DNA from: a virus
Taxonomy: Duplodnaviria > Caudoviricetes
Length of the DNA: 40,935 nucleotides
Strand: one strand, 5' to 3'
IMG/VR virus record: IMGVR_UViG_3300013020_000006
Coordinates: 1 to 40,935 of that record
Made by a program: the position numbers and the translations under genes. Under the pieces are notes generated by a model. It did not search any database and was not told the DNA's origin. It saw only the letters and a program-made list of their open reading frames with translations. Positions 27,875 through 37,680 of this stretch are shown here, one piece after another. Position 1 is the first letter of the stretch, and each line of letters starts with the position of its first letter.

Positions 27875-28168
27875 ATGCCTATATATAAGAACTCAAGATA
27901 TACTACAAGTGAAATTGGACATGATGGAGAAAAAGAGTATATAAAAATGAGAGAAAGATTAAGGTTTAATGAAGACGATTTAATATATCATTTATATAGA
28001 GAGGGAGAGACATTAGGACTTTTAGCAAAAAGATATTATAGAGATAGTCAATTATGGTGGGTAATAATGGACTCAAACCCAGAGTATAAGTTTGAATTTG
28101 AAATACCTTATGGTACAGAAATAGCCATACCAACTTTAAAGGCAGTTAGGAGGAAGCTGAATGGCTAG
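27875..28168 (+). CDS. LysM/tail-X-like baseplate protein
   Basis: NSRY, GETL..LAKRYY.DSQLWWVI.D.NP. Confidence 0.8.
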   Translation: MPIYKNSRYTTSEIGHDGEKEYIKMRERLRFNEDDLIYHLYREGETLGLLAKRYYRDSQLWWVIMDSNPEYKFEFEIPYGTEIAIPTLKAVRRKLNG

Positions 28169-28985
28169 AGAAGAAGATTATACACTATCACAGAATTGTA
28201 GTATAGCAATAGGTGGAGAAGAATTGTCAGAGTATTACATGTCTTTAGTTGATGAGATAAAACATACTGATAAGGCTCATGGGTCAGACTTAGTGAGAAT
28301 TACAATAGTGGACTCAGATTATAAATTTATAAACGACCCAATGTTCATGGAAGAAAAGAAAGTGCATTTTGAAGGTGGTTGGGAAGGAGACGAAATTCAG
28401 TTTGATGGTTACATTAGTGTAATTGATGTAAACTTCCCACAGAATGGTAGTCCAACAGTAATAGTTCAATGTATGGATAATACTCACTTAATGAACAGGA
28501 AGAAGAAAAAGAGAACATGGACTGATATGAAATACTCAGAGGTAGTAGAAGATATAGTTAAGGAATATGGTTTTAAGACAGAGATAGAGGAAACCTCAGA
28601 AGTAAAAGATAATATTGCTCAGAGTGATAAGACCGATATAGCCTTTATACAGGAAATAGCAGACGATATGTTGGAAGACGATTACTTGGCTTATATGCTA
28701 GGAGATACCTTTTATTTTGAAAAGAAAAAATTGCTAGATACACCACAATTTGAAGTGTACTATAGAGAAGGAGATTTTAGTTTAATTAGCTTTAACCCTA
28801 GAATAAATAAGGAAATCAAAAAAGAACAGATAGAAAAGTCAGATATAAACCTCAAAGATAAAGAGGTAGATAAGGGAGAGGCTAGTAATGACTCTAATAT
28901 AGATAGTCAAGGAGATAAGATAAATACTAGTTCTAAAAAGATTAAGCATGAGGGTGGAGACGATTGGTCAGAGGTAGAGGAGTGA
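28161..28985 (+). CDS. baseplate hub (late control gpD-like), N-terminal part
   Basis: FDGYI, YSEVVEDIVKEYG, Q...TDIAFIQEIA. Confidence 0.8.
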   Translation: MAREEDYTLSQNCSIAIGGEELSEYYMSLVDEIKHTDKAHGSDLVRITIVDSDYKFINDPMFMEEKKVHFEGGWEGDEIQFDGYISVIDVNFPQNGSPTVIVQCMDNTHLMNRKKKKRTWTDMKYSEVVEDIVKEYGFKTEIEETSEVKDNIAQSDKTDIAFIQEIADDMLEDDYLAYMLGDTFYFEKKKLLDTPQFEVYYREGDFSLISFNPRINKEIKKEQIEKSDINLKDKEVDKGEASNDSNIDSQGDKINTSSKKIKHEGGDDWSEVEE

Positions 28986-28990
28986 TTTAA

Positions 28991-29581
28991 TTGGAAATAG
29001 AACACAGACGAGGTGATGATTGGAAAGTCATAACTACAGATGAAGATGATGGAAGAAGAGGAAGAGCAGATGAAGAAGATAATACAGAGGAAAACCCTGT
29101 AGAAGAAACAGATGATAAAGATACTACGAAAACGAAATCAGAGGCAGAAAAAGATTATAGAGAGATAGAGCAGAATGTGTGTAAAGGTAGTGCAGAATTG
29201 ATACCAGACCCAAATAGAATAGCAAAAAAGACAGCAGGGATTTATGGACTAGGAGAAGTACTATCGGGAAGATATTTTACAGAGAAAATAGAAAACAGAT
29301 TTACAAGAGCAGGATATAAACAGGTAGCAACTTTTAGTAAAACAGGTTTCAAAGATAACTTAGAAGGGGAAGAACAGGGAGACGATAATAGACCAGAGAA
29401 AGAAGAGCCAAAGGTAAATAACAAAGAACACAGAGTAAGTAAAGGAGATACCTTATGGGCTTTATCTAAAAAGTACTATGGAACAGGCTCTAAATGGGAG
29501 AAAATAGCAAATGCAAATGGCATAGCAAAATCAGAGGTAGATAAACTGGACATAGGAAGAACTCTAATTATACCAGAGTAG
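28991..29581 (+). CDS. hub C-terminal-like domain plus LysM domain
   Basis: GLGEVLSGRYF...GY (hub C-terminal pattern); HRVSKGDTLWALSKKYYG..W.KIANAN (LysM). Confidence 0.75.
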   Translation: MEIEHRRGDDWKVITTDEDDGRRGRADEEDNTEENPVEETDDKDTTKTKSEAEKDYREIEQNVCKGSAELIPDPNRIAKKTAGIYGLGEVLSGRYFTEKIENRFTRAGYKQVATFSKTGFKDNLEGEEQGDDNRPEKEEPKVNNKEHRVSKGDTLWALSKKYYGTGSKWEKIANANGIAKSEVDKLDIGRTLIIPE

Positions 29582-29593
29582 GAGGTAGACTTA

Positions 29594-30160
29594 ATGAAGA
29601 AAAAGTATTTTGGTAAATACAGAGCAAAAGTTATAGACAATCAAGACCCAGAGAAAATGGGAAGATTAAAATTACATTGTCCAAAGGTTTTAGGCGATTA
29701 TGAAAGTAACTGGGCAGTAATGCACATACCATATGCTTTTGATAAAGGTGGAAGTATAAGGATACCTAGAGTAAACGAAATAGTTTGGGTAGAGTTTGAA
29801 GGAGGAGACCCAGAGAAACCAATAGTAACAGGTCAATGGTGGACTCCAAATAATACGCCTATTAAGGAGAGTGAATACGAAGAAATAGATAGATATAGAA
29901 GAATGAAAACAGAGAGTGGACACGAGATTACTTATTATGATGGAGAAGGAAAAGAGTATGTAGAACTAATAACATCTTCTGGGCATAGAATGAAGTTTGA
30001 TGACGCTGATGGGCAGAATAAGATAGAAATAGAGGATAATAAGGGTAATAAAATAGAGTTTGATACAGAGAGCAATAGCTTAACAATAAGTGTGGGTAGT
30101 GCAGTAACAGTAACAGCAAGTACAGTAACAGTAAGTGCAGGTAGTATTAAGCTAAATTAG
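29594..30160 (+). CDS. baseplate spike (gpV/gp5 OB-fold)
   Basis: YFGKYRAKV.DNQDPE.MGRLK, P.V.E.VWVEFEGGDP..P. Confidence 0.9.
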   Translation: MKKKYFGKYRAKVIDNQDPEKMGRLKLHCPKVLGDYESNWAVMHIPYAFDKGGSIRIPRVNEIVWVEFEGGDPEKPIVTGQWWTPNNTPIKESEYEEIDRYRRMKTESGHEITYYDGEGKEYVELITSSGHRMKFDDADGQNKIEIEDNKGNKIEFDTESNSLTISVGSAVTVTASTVTVSAGSIKLN

Positions 30161-30172
30161 GAGTGAACTAAT

Positions 30173-30484
30173 ATGCCAGGTACAGCAAGACTAAGTGATA
30201 TTCATATAGGTATATGCGACCATGGGGCTAGTTGTTGTCCTCACAATGTAGTAGGAATTATAGTTGCAGGTGCAGGAAGTGTTCTAACAAATGGATTGCC
30301 TACAGCAAGAATAAGCGACCCAGTAACTCATAACTGCCCTCATTGTGGTACAGGCATATGTTCGACAGGGTCAGGTAATGTGTTTGCAGAGGGACTACCA
30401 CACCACAGATTAGGAGATATAGTAGTTTATCCAGCAGGAGTAGGAACAACTGTAACTGCGTCTGGAAATGTAATAACTAATTAG
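30173..30484 (+). CDS. PAAR-like spike tip protein
   Basis: TARLSD, PTARISD, PHHRLGD repeats; GSGNV. Confidence 0.85.
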   Translation: MPGTARLSDIHIGICDHGASCCPHNVVGIIVAGAGSVLTNGLPTARISDPVTHNCPHCGTGICSTGSGNVFAEGLPHHRLGDIVVYPAGVGTTVTASGNVITN

Positions 30485-30496
30485 GAGGAATAGAAA

Positions 30497-30997
30497 ATGA
30501 TAGAAGTAAATATATTGAATATTAATAAGGTAGTATTAGAAGGAGAGCCTTTAAGTGTAGATGTAGAAGTTACAAATACTGGAACAGAGAACTTGCAAGA
30601 TGTAGAGATAGAGTTACTTAACTTTAGTGGAACAGTAGTAGATAGTGTAATAATATCACCTTCAACTGATGAACTGGGCAGTCCTTTGACAGAAGAATTT
30701 GAGGCAGGAGAAACAGAACAGGTAAACCTTCAATGGAATATAAGTATAGCAGAGAGTGATATAGCAGAGATAACTATTCAATCAGTAGATGATAGCGTAA
30801 AACAATTAATTTTAGGAACACTGTCATTCACAGATGGGGTTAGTTATGTAGAACAGGGTAGTGAAAAGAGGCTGATAGGACAAGTAAATGTTCTAACAGG
30901 AAGTAGAGATGTAGCAGATAAAGTTAAGACAGAATTGAGTAGTGTAAATAGTGGGGTGAAGAATGAAGTTGTGAGTAACTTAGAAAGTACATTATAA
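30497..30997 (+). CDS. CARDB/Ig-like domain protein
   Basis: GEPLSVDVEVTNTG, AGETEQVNLQW; very acidic. Confidence 0.65.
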   Translation: MIEVNILNINKVVLEGEPLSVDVEVTNTGTENLQDVEIELLNFSGTVVDSVIISPSTDELGSPLTEEFEAGETEQVNLQWNISIAESDIAEITIQSVDDSVKQLILGTLSFTDGVSYVEQGSEKRLIGQVNVLTGSRDVADKVKTELSSVNSGVKNEVVSNLESTL

Positions 30998-31008
30998 GGT
31001 GGTGAATT

Positions 31009-31410
31009 ATGGCTAAAGCAAAAGGATATAAGGGAATAAGTTTTCCTTTTAGAATAGGAGGTAGAGGAGGAGTGGTTATGTCCTCTACTAGTAGGAATGA
31101 TGTGTCACACATTGAAGAAAGCATGGAACAAATTTTAAGAACAAGAGTTGGGGAAAGAGTGATGGAAGAGTACTTTGGCTCTGATTTAGATACACAAATA
31201 TTTGAGTCAAATAGTCCACCAACACACAATATGATTAGGTATCAGATTAAAGAGGCACTAGATAGGTTTGAAGATAGAATAAGGGTAGATAGAAGTGACA
31301 TTGAAGTTTATGGAGAAGGCAATAAAATCTACGCAAAGATAAACTACTTTGTAGAGAAGTACAATGTGTCTAAAACATCAGAGTTTTATATAGGAGGGAG
31401 GGAGAGATAA
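31009..31410 (+). CDS. baseplate wedge protein (gp25/gpW)
   Basis: GISFPF, IL.TRVGERVM...FGS, FEDRI. Confidence 0.9.
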   Translation: MAKAKGYKGISFPFRIGGRGGVVMSSTSRNDVSHIEESMEQILRTRVGERVMEEYFGSDLDTQIFESNSPPTHNMIRYQIKEALDRFEDRIRVDRSDIEVYGEGNKIYAKINYFVEKYNVSKTSEFYIGGRER

Positions 31411-32844
31411 TTGGCTAAAATAGATTACACAAATAGAGATTACGAAGGCTTTAGGAATATGATGATAGACCATTTAAAACAGAATATGCCAGAGTACACA
31501 GACCATTCAGAGTCAGACGCAGGAATAGTATTAATAGAGGCTTTAGCAAAAGCATTAGACGCACTAAGTTATTATAATGATAGGACAGCAAACGAGATAT
31601 TTTTAGAAACCCTGTACGAGAAACAAAATGCTTTAAAGCTAACAAGTTACTTAGGCTATGATAGTAGAAGTAGAGAGTCAACAGAGTTTATGCAGGTTTT
31701 TGAAATAGAGCCACAGAGTGAAGAAGTTATAGTAGAAAGGGGAACTAAGATAGCAACAGACCCAAGTTCTGGTGAAGAAAAAATAGTGTTCGAGTTAAAA
31801 GAAGATTTAACCATACCAGAGGGAGAAACAGGGCTAGAAACAGATGTAGATGGGAACTATATACATGAAGTGCCTATTATACAGGGAGAAAGCGTAAGTG
31901 AAGAAGAACTAGGAACAAGTGATGGAAGTCCATATCAGAAGTTTGAATTAGATAGAACACCTGTAGTATCAGATAGTGTGGAAGTATATGTTAATGAAGG
32001 TTATGGATATAAGAGATGGGAACAGGTAGACTCTTTTATTAATATGAACTCAGACTCAGAAGTTTACAGATTACAGGAAGAAGAAAATGGTAAGATAAGG
32101 ATTGAGTTTGGCTCTGGACTATCGGGCAAGATACCTGCTAAAAGTAGACACCCAATCTTAGCAAATTACAGAGTAGGTGGAGGACAACAGGGTAATGTAG
32201 GAGTAAACACTATAACTAAAATGCCTTCAAAACCTAGTTTTGTAAAAGAAACATTTAATCCACAAGAGCCATATAAATTAGGAATTGACGGAGAGACAGT
32301 AGAGGAACTAGGCATTAATGCACCTGCAAGTATGAGAACTCAAAACAGAGTAGTAAAATTAAGCGATTATGAAGACGAGGCAATTCAAATGAATGAGGTA
32401 AGACTAGCCTCTTGTGTAGAGGGAACAGAGTTTAGAGATATAGATTTACATGTACTACCTTATGGTGCAGAAACTCTGACAGAGGATAAAAGAGACTATA
32501 TCCATGAAGAGATAGACAGTAAGGCATTGATAGGATACTCACTCTATGTGAAAGACCCAGTATATGTGAGCATAGATATAAATGTGTATGTAAGAGTTTT
32601 AGATAATTATGAGCAAGAGCCAGTACAGAGTGTAGTAGAAGAGTTAATAGACGAATACTTTGAATTAGGTAATAAGGGTTTTGGTGAAGACTTTATAGAG
32701 TCAGATTTATCAAGTGAAATTATGAAACTAACAGGAGTAAGAGCAGTAGATGTGTCAACAGTTAATGCAAACCCAGATATAGACGATACAGAAATCGTAA
32801 GACTGGGTACAAGTAATCTGACTATGGAAGGTGGCTTAGTATAA
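31411..32844 (+). CDS. baseplate J-like protein
   Basis: IDYTNRDY, PEYTD.SESDAG, GTSDG.P.QKF, YRVGGG..GNV, R.V...DYE. Confidence 0.9.
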   Translation: MAKIDYTNRDYEGFRNMMIDHLKQNMPEYTDHSESDAGIVLIEALAKALDALSYYNDRTANEIFLETLYEKQNALKLTSYLGYDSRSRESTEFMQVFEIEPQSEEVIVERGTKIATDPSSGEEKIVFELKEDLTIPEGETGLETDVDGNYIHEVPIIQGESVSEEELGTSDGSPYQKFELDRTPVVSDSVEVYVNEGYGYKRWEQVDSFINMNSDSEVYRLQEEENGKIRIEFGSGLSGKIPAKSRHPILANYRVGGGQQGNVGVNTITKMPSKPSFVKETFNPQEPYKLGIDGETVEELGINAPASMRTQNRVVKLSDYEDEAIQMNEVRLASCVEGTEFRDIDLHVLPYGAETLTEDKRDYIHEEIDSKALIGYSLYVKDPVYVSIDINVYVRVLDNYEQEPVQSVVEELIDEYFELGNKGFGEDFIESDLSSEIMKLTGVRAVDVSTVNANPDIDDTEIVRLGTSNLTMEGGLV

Positions 32845-33797
32845 TGAGTAAGTTACTAGACTACCTTTATTATGATGTTCTGCCAGAAGTTTACAGAGAA
32901 GAAGATGATAAAAATGAGAAACAATTATATAGATATTTGCAGTCACTTGATGAGGGTGGACTACAGAAAATAAAAGAGGAGATAGACGGATTAGAAGATG
33001 TAATAGATATAGAAAGATGCCCTAGTGAGTTCCTTCCATTTTGGAGTAGAATGTTAGGCTTTGAATATGACCAGAGATACCCAGATAAATTCTTGAGAAG
33101 GTTGCTCAAAGATATAGGTAGGCTCTATAAGATGAAGGGAACAAATGCAGTAGTAAAATATATCAGTAGAGAGTTAGCAAGATATGAAGTAGAGATAGAG
33201 GAGACACCGAGTGCAACAGGAGATAGTGAAATACTGCTAAGACTGTTTATATTAAGCGAAAACTACTTGGAACAGGAGTTGAGTGTACCTAAACTAAACG
33301 AACTAATGTATCACTTAGTAAATCAGTTCTTACCTTATCAAGTAGTATTACAGGTATTACTTAACTTTAAAAATACAGAGGTAAGACGAGGAAGGTCAGA
33401 GGATATAGACAAAGAGATAATTTTAGTACAGTTGCATAATACAGAAAAAAGAGCAAGTGCAAGTGTAAGTGCTTATGATGGGTCATTAATTACAAATGAA
33501 AATGACAGACTATTGAATGAGGCAATACTTAAGGGAGAAAAGATATTTACTTCAACTGATAAACTAGCCTCAGATAAGTTCTTTGGCAGATATAGTGAGG
33601 TAAGAAATGATAACTCAAGTCTGAGACAGATTTACGCTTTAAATATAAGTAATGAAGAGATTAATAGTAGTGAGAATACCGATAATTCAGACTCAGTAGT
33701 AAGTAGGTGGTTTATGACGAATACAGAAAAATCGCTGACAAATGGAGAAAACGATTATAGCATGATTAATAGGACTACAGAGGCATTAAGCTATTAA
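32844..33797 (+). CDS. baseplate wedge / tail protein I (P2 gpI-like)
   Basis: LPEVYR..D, FLPFWSRMLG, LYKMKGT. Confidence 0.8.
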   Translation: MSKLLDYLYYDVLPEVYREEDDKNEKQLYRYLQSLDEGGLQKIKEEIDGLEDVIDIERCPSEFLPFWSRMLGFEYDQRYPDKFLRRLLKDIGRLYKMKGTNAVVKYISRELARYEVEIEETPSATGDSEILLRLFILSENYLEQELSVPKLNELMYHLVNQFLPYQVVLQVLLNFKNTEVRRGRSEDIDKEIILVQLHNTEKRASASVSAYDGSLITNENDRLLNEAILKGEKIFTSTDKLASDKFFGRYSEVRNDNSSLRQIYALNISNEEINSSENTDNSDSVVSRWFMTNTEKSLTNGENDYSMINRTTEALSY

Positions 33798-33811
33798 AAG
33801 GAGGGTAAAGA

Positions 33812-34348
33812 GTGAGTAAAAAACTAAAAGAAGAGAAAAAAGGAAAAACGATAGGTAAGATAAGAGATAGAATTTTTGTTGATGGAGAGTTAGTAGAGGA
33901 CACAGGTTTTAGACACAATGTAATAGTAAGTGATATTAATAATCTAATTGCAGTATTAATGTCGGGTAAAGATGGAACAATGGAAGGTATAACTTATTGG
34001 GCAGTAGGAGAAGGAGACCCAGTTTGGGATACATCAGCACCACCGAGTGGGAATGTAACAGACACACAGTTAGTAAATGAGATTGATAGAAAAGCAGTAA
34101 ACCCAGAGGATATAGAGTTCTTAGACGCAGACGATAATGTAGTAGCAGGTATAACTAATAAATTACAGATTGTAAAGCAATTTGAAGAAACATTTGGTAA
34201 TGGGAAATGGTTAGAGTTAGGGCTTTTTGGTGGAGACGCTACAAGTACAGCAAATAGTGGTTTTATGGTTAATCATTTAAACCACCCTGTAATTGAGAAA
34301 AGAGATAACATGACTATTGAAAGAACGCTAATTATAGAGTTTGCATAA
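33812..34348 (+). CDS. baseplate-fibre attachment protein
   Basis: HNVIV, YWAVGEG, LVNEIDRK, NG.W.ELGLFGG. Confidence 0.65.
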   Translation: MSKKLKEEKKGKTIGKIRDRIFVDGELVEDTGFRHNVIVSDINNLIAVLMSGKDGTMEGITYWAVGEGDPVWDTSAPPSGNVTDTQLVNEIDRKAVNPEDIEFLDADDNVVAGITNKLQIVKQFEETFGNGKWLELGLFGGDATSTANSGFMVNHLNHPVIEKRDNMTIERTLIIEFA

Positions 34349-34367
34349 AAGGAGGGGAAATAAGTAA

Positions 34368-36965
34368 ATGCCATTATTCAATCCAGATTTTACATTAGAG
34401 AGTGACTTTGACAAAGAGAATAGTTTTGAAAGAGTTCTATTTGGTAAGGGCGTACCAGTCCTAGAAGTAGAACTGAACGAAATGCAACAGATACAGAATG
34501 AAGAAAATAAGAAAATCATAAGAAATATAGCAGGAGAAGGCTTTTTAGAAAAAGGAACTGTAGACTATGCTAGTGGTACATTAAATATCAATAATAGTCT
34601 AATAACAGCAAATGGAAATATCATAAATATAACAGCATTACAGTTAAGTAACTTAACAGATGGGAATACAGTTTACTTAAACCTGTGGGAAGAAGTGGAA
34701 CTAACAGGAACAAGTGATATTTATAAGTATGGAAACAGGCAGGAAACAGTTCTGACTAATAATATCACAGACGAGAGAGTGGGCGAAGAAACCTCAAGAA
34801 GAAAACAGACACAGTTTGATTTGGGAACAACTCAAGAAGGAGACTACAGCCTAGAAATAGGAAACATTGTAAGTGGAAGTATAGAACTATCAATAGAAGA
34901 GAACTCAATCGAGCAAGTAAAGATAGAAATGAGAGACGAGGTACAGAATTTAAAAGACTATAATAGTGAGGGTTTTAGAAACTTTATAGCAGAGAACGCA
35001 CAGGAAGGAAATCTTAAACCAAAAGGTGGAGTAGAGTTCATACCCTATAACGATAAAAGAATTAATTATGATAATCATTTCTTTAATACTGATTATGTTA
35101 CTGTAACAAATAGTACAATAAGCTTTGATTTTGAAGGTACAGTAGTTAGTTTAATAACAGCAGTAAATAGTAGTTTAAAAAGTCTTGATGTAAGTATAGA
35201 TGGAGGAACAATAAGTGCAGTTACAATTTCTTCTGCTGACATTTATAGTGATTACTTCAAAGTAGAGTTAGCAAGTGGTTTAACTAATAGTAAGCACACT
35301 ATTGAAATAACTACTACTGATAATTACGAAATTTATGGTTTTGAAGTAGTACAAAGTACTGACAGAAGTTCAGCTAATAATGCAGGAGCAGGATATATTG
35401 ATAGTGAAAGAATAACTGTAAGTGCTGATACCCAAAGTTATAATACCCCTGCTACTGGTAGGTGTGATTTAACAGTTTTAGATAGTGAAGGAAATGTAAG
35501 TGTAGTAGAGGGTACAGACGGAAATAGCAAGAAAGCATTTAGGGTTGAAGAAGATGGACTGGTAAGTGCTGAATATATAAAGGATATACCAAATTGGATA
35601 AAAGATAAAGTTAATGTTTGGAATAGTGAAATTACAGGTGATTACATTACAGGATGGGAAAGACTAAAAGGTGTAGGTAAAGAAAGATATATTTATACAA
35701 GAAAAACTGATAGTGCTTTTTATATAGGATTTGTAGGAACAGGCGTAACATGGAAAACAGTATCAAACGGAGAATACATGGGTATAGCAGGGGTAAGTAT
35801 AGATGGTAGTAGTGAGCAGAATATTGATACTTACGCTGAACATTTAAACGGTAATTATAGGTTTGATTTTGACGGACTTGATTTTGGATATCACGAGCTA
35901 AAAATAAGGAATACTGGAAATACTACTGGAGCTGCTTCAGAAATTTTCATTGACGCTTTCGATATACACCTACCAGAAACCCCAGAGTTACCTGCTGACA
36001 CTCAACCATTAGCAAAAGCCTACCCTATGCCTAGTCCTGCTGAAATAGGTTCAGCTAACCTACCTAAAAGACCAACAAGTGCAGAGGAAAAAGGCTGGGT
36101 AAGATATGAAAGTGATGAAGGGTGTAGGTACGTTGGTAGTGGGTGGGGCACAAATGGAGAAACAGCAAACTCTAATAAAGGTGCTTATGAAACAAATACA
36201 CTTGATGATTATGTAGAATTTAATTTTATAGGTGGTGGTATAAGATTTATTACACGTCTAAATGATGTTAACGGTATAGTAGAAATAAGTATTGACGGGA
36301 ATGTAGTTTCGAATGTTGATACCTATGGGGCAAGGTCTTATCAAGTAGTCGCTTATGAAAATACTAATCTTTCCTTTGGTAAACACACAATAAAAATTAG
36401 AAGAACTGACAATAAAAATTCTTCGTCTGGTAGTTATGTGCTTTTTGTTGACGCTTTTGAAGTCCACAGACCACTCTACCTTGAAGATATTAGAAACTTA
36501 TCACCTATAAGAGAAATAGACACCTACAACATTGAACACAAGTCAAGACTAAAAGACCCTAACGCTTCGGGAAAAGTAGGGGAACAGCTTGATAAATTGT
36601 GGAAGATGGATAATGTGAGAGTGATAGAATTAGACGGCGAAGGTAGTCAAACAGGTGAACCTGGAATAAAGAAAGCGAAGGTTAGTTTTTTTCCAAATGG
36701 TGAGCTGGTACTTGATATGGTACTCTGGATAGCTGTAGATACTACCTCATACCAAGAGTACTTTTTACCCGCTATTTTTAGTGGAGATTATATCCATGTT
36801 ACATCAGCAGTTAGTAGTGATAGCAGTTCTAACTCAGTTAATTCAGCACTATCTACAATTTCAATACTAGAATATACTAATAGAATCAGACTTAGGCTGT
36901 CTGAAACATACTCTACTACTAATAACTATGAAATTAGCGTACAAGTTAAAGGAAGGTGGTACTAA
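34368..36965 (+). CDS. tail fibre / receptor-binding protein with three beta-sandwich modules
   Basis: N-terminal RVLF..G.PVLEVELNEMQ anchor; three F.G..V...V.IDG...H.I.I...F repeats. Confidence 0.8.
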   Translation: MPLFNPDFTLESDFDKENSFERVLFGKGVPVLEVELNEMQQIQNEENKKIIRNIAGEGFLEKGTVDYASGTLNINNSLITANGNIINITALQLSNLTDGNTVYLNLWEEVELTGTSDIYKYGNRQETVLTNNITDERVGEETSRRKQTQFDLGTTQEGDYSLEIGNIVSGSIELSIEENSIEQVKIEMRDEVQNLKDYNSEGFRNFIAENAQEGNLKPKGGVEFIPYNDKRINYDNHFFNTDYVTVTNSTISFDFEGTVVSLITAVNSSLKSLDVSIDGGTISAVTISSADIYSDYFKVELASGLTNSKHTIEITTTDNYEIYGFEVVQSTDRSSANNAGAGYIDSERITVSADTQSYNTPATGRCDLTVLDSEGNVSVVEGTDGNSKKAFRVEEDGLVSAEYIKDIPNWIKDKVNVWNSEITGDYITGWERLKGVGKERYIYTRKTDSAFYIGFVGTGVTWKTVSNGEYMGIAGVSIDGSSEQNIDTYAEHLNGNYRFDFDGLDFGYHELKIRNTGNTTGAASEIFIDAFDIHLPETPELPADTQPLAKAYPMPSPAEIGSANLPKRPTSAEEKGWVRYESDEGCRYVGSGWGTNGETANSNKGAYETNTLDDYVEFNFIGGGIRFITRLNDVNGIVEISIDGNVVSNVDTYGARSYQVVAYENTNLSFGKHTIKIRRTDNKNSSSGSYVLFVDAFEVHRPLYLEDIRNLSPIREIDTYNIEHKSRLKDPNASGKVGEQLDKLWKMDNVRVIELDGEGSQTGEPGIKKAKVSFFPNGELVLDMVLWIAVDTTSYQEYFLPAIFSGDYIHVTSAVSSDSSSNSVNSALSTISILEYTNRIRLRLSETYSTTNNYEISVQVKGRWY

Positions 36966-37277
36966 ATGAAAATTAAAAAACAACCTCAAATAGCACCAAT
37001 TAACCCTTTAGGTTCAGCAAGTCATAACCTTATATACACCTTTGAGCCTAATGGTAGAACTGATGTGGTAATAGTTAATCACAATGGAAAAGAAGAAGAA
37101 TTTGATTTCTCAGTAGAACAAGAAGATTGTGTATTTGATGTAGAAACAGAAGTAATTGAACTTAATCCATTTAGAAAAGCTGAAAGAACAGATGGAGAAT
37201 TAGAGTTAGAGATACTTTGGTTAGTCAATACTCAAGAACAGTACGAGAATGTCAATAGAGATTGGGAAGTGATATAA
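36966..37277 (+). CDS. putative tail fibre assembly protein
   Basis: NG.EEEFDFS, ER.DGELELEIL; follows fibre gene. Confidence 0.55.
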   Translation: MKIKKQPQIAPINPLGSASHNLIYTFEPNGRTDVVIVNHNGKEEEFDFSVEQEDCVFDVETEVIELNPFRKAERTDGELELEILWLVNTQEQYENVNRDWEVI

Positions 37278-37679
37278 ATGGGAGTAACAGCTAAGAAAAA
37301 ATCTCAAATTGAGCAAGAGAAGTTTGAAGAAAAACAGAGAAGTAAAATTAAAGAAGGCAAGAATAACACTAGAAAAGTAATACTATCACGCTTTAGAGAC
37401 GACCACCAGTTAAATTTGTATGATGGTACTAAAACTGACATACCCGATATGTGGAAAGAAGATGGAGTTAGGGTTAGTGATTATTCTATAGTGGTCGCTT
37501 TTAAAAAAGAAGTAATAAATGCTACTCACTTCTATGAACAGCAGTTAATTAATGCTACTACTTTAGAAGAAGTAGAGAGTATTTCTAATGACCCTCAGAC
37601 TATTATTGATAGAGCATACGAGAATACTGCTAACGAAGATTATAATATCAATTGGGAAGATGTAAAGGAGAATTTGTAA
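37278..37679 (+). CDS. putative tail fibre chaperone
   Basis: INATTLEEVESI motif typical of fibre-associated chaperones. Confidence 0.5.
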   Translation: MGVTAKKKSQIEQEKFEEKQRSKIKEGKNNTRKVILSRFRDDHQLNLYDGTKTDIPDMWKEDGVRVSDYSIVVAFKKEVINATHFYEQQLINATTLEEVESISNDPQTIIDRAYENTANEDYNINWEDVKENL

Positions 37680-37680
37680 T

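Noticed and set aside
28983-28993. TGA readthrough joining the two hub genes, or a recoded genetic code
   Set aside because: The next ORF is in a different frame with its own RBS; long genes are intact under the standard code
21079-34348. Stand-alone eCIS or tailocin locus
   Set aside because: Terminase, portal, scaffold and capsid genes are intact and contiguous, indicating a true phage
34368-36965. Diversity-generating retroelement target in the tail fibre
   Set aside because: No reverse transcriptase or adenine-variant template repeat visible in this window
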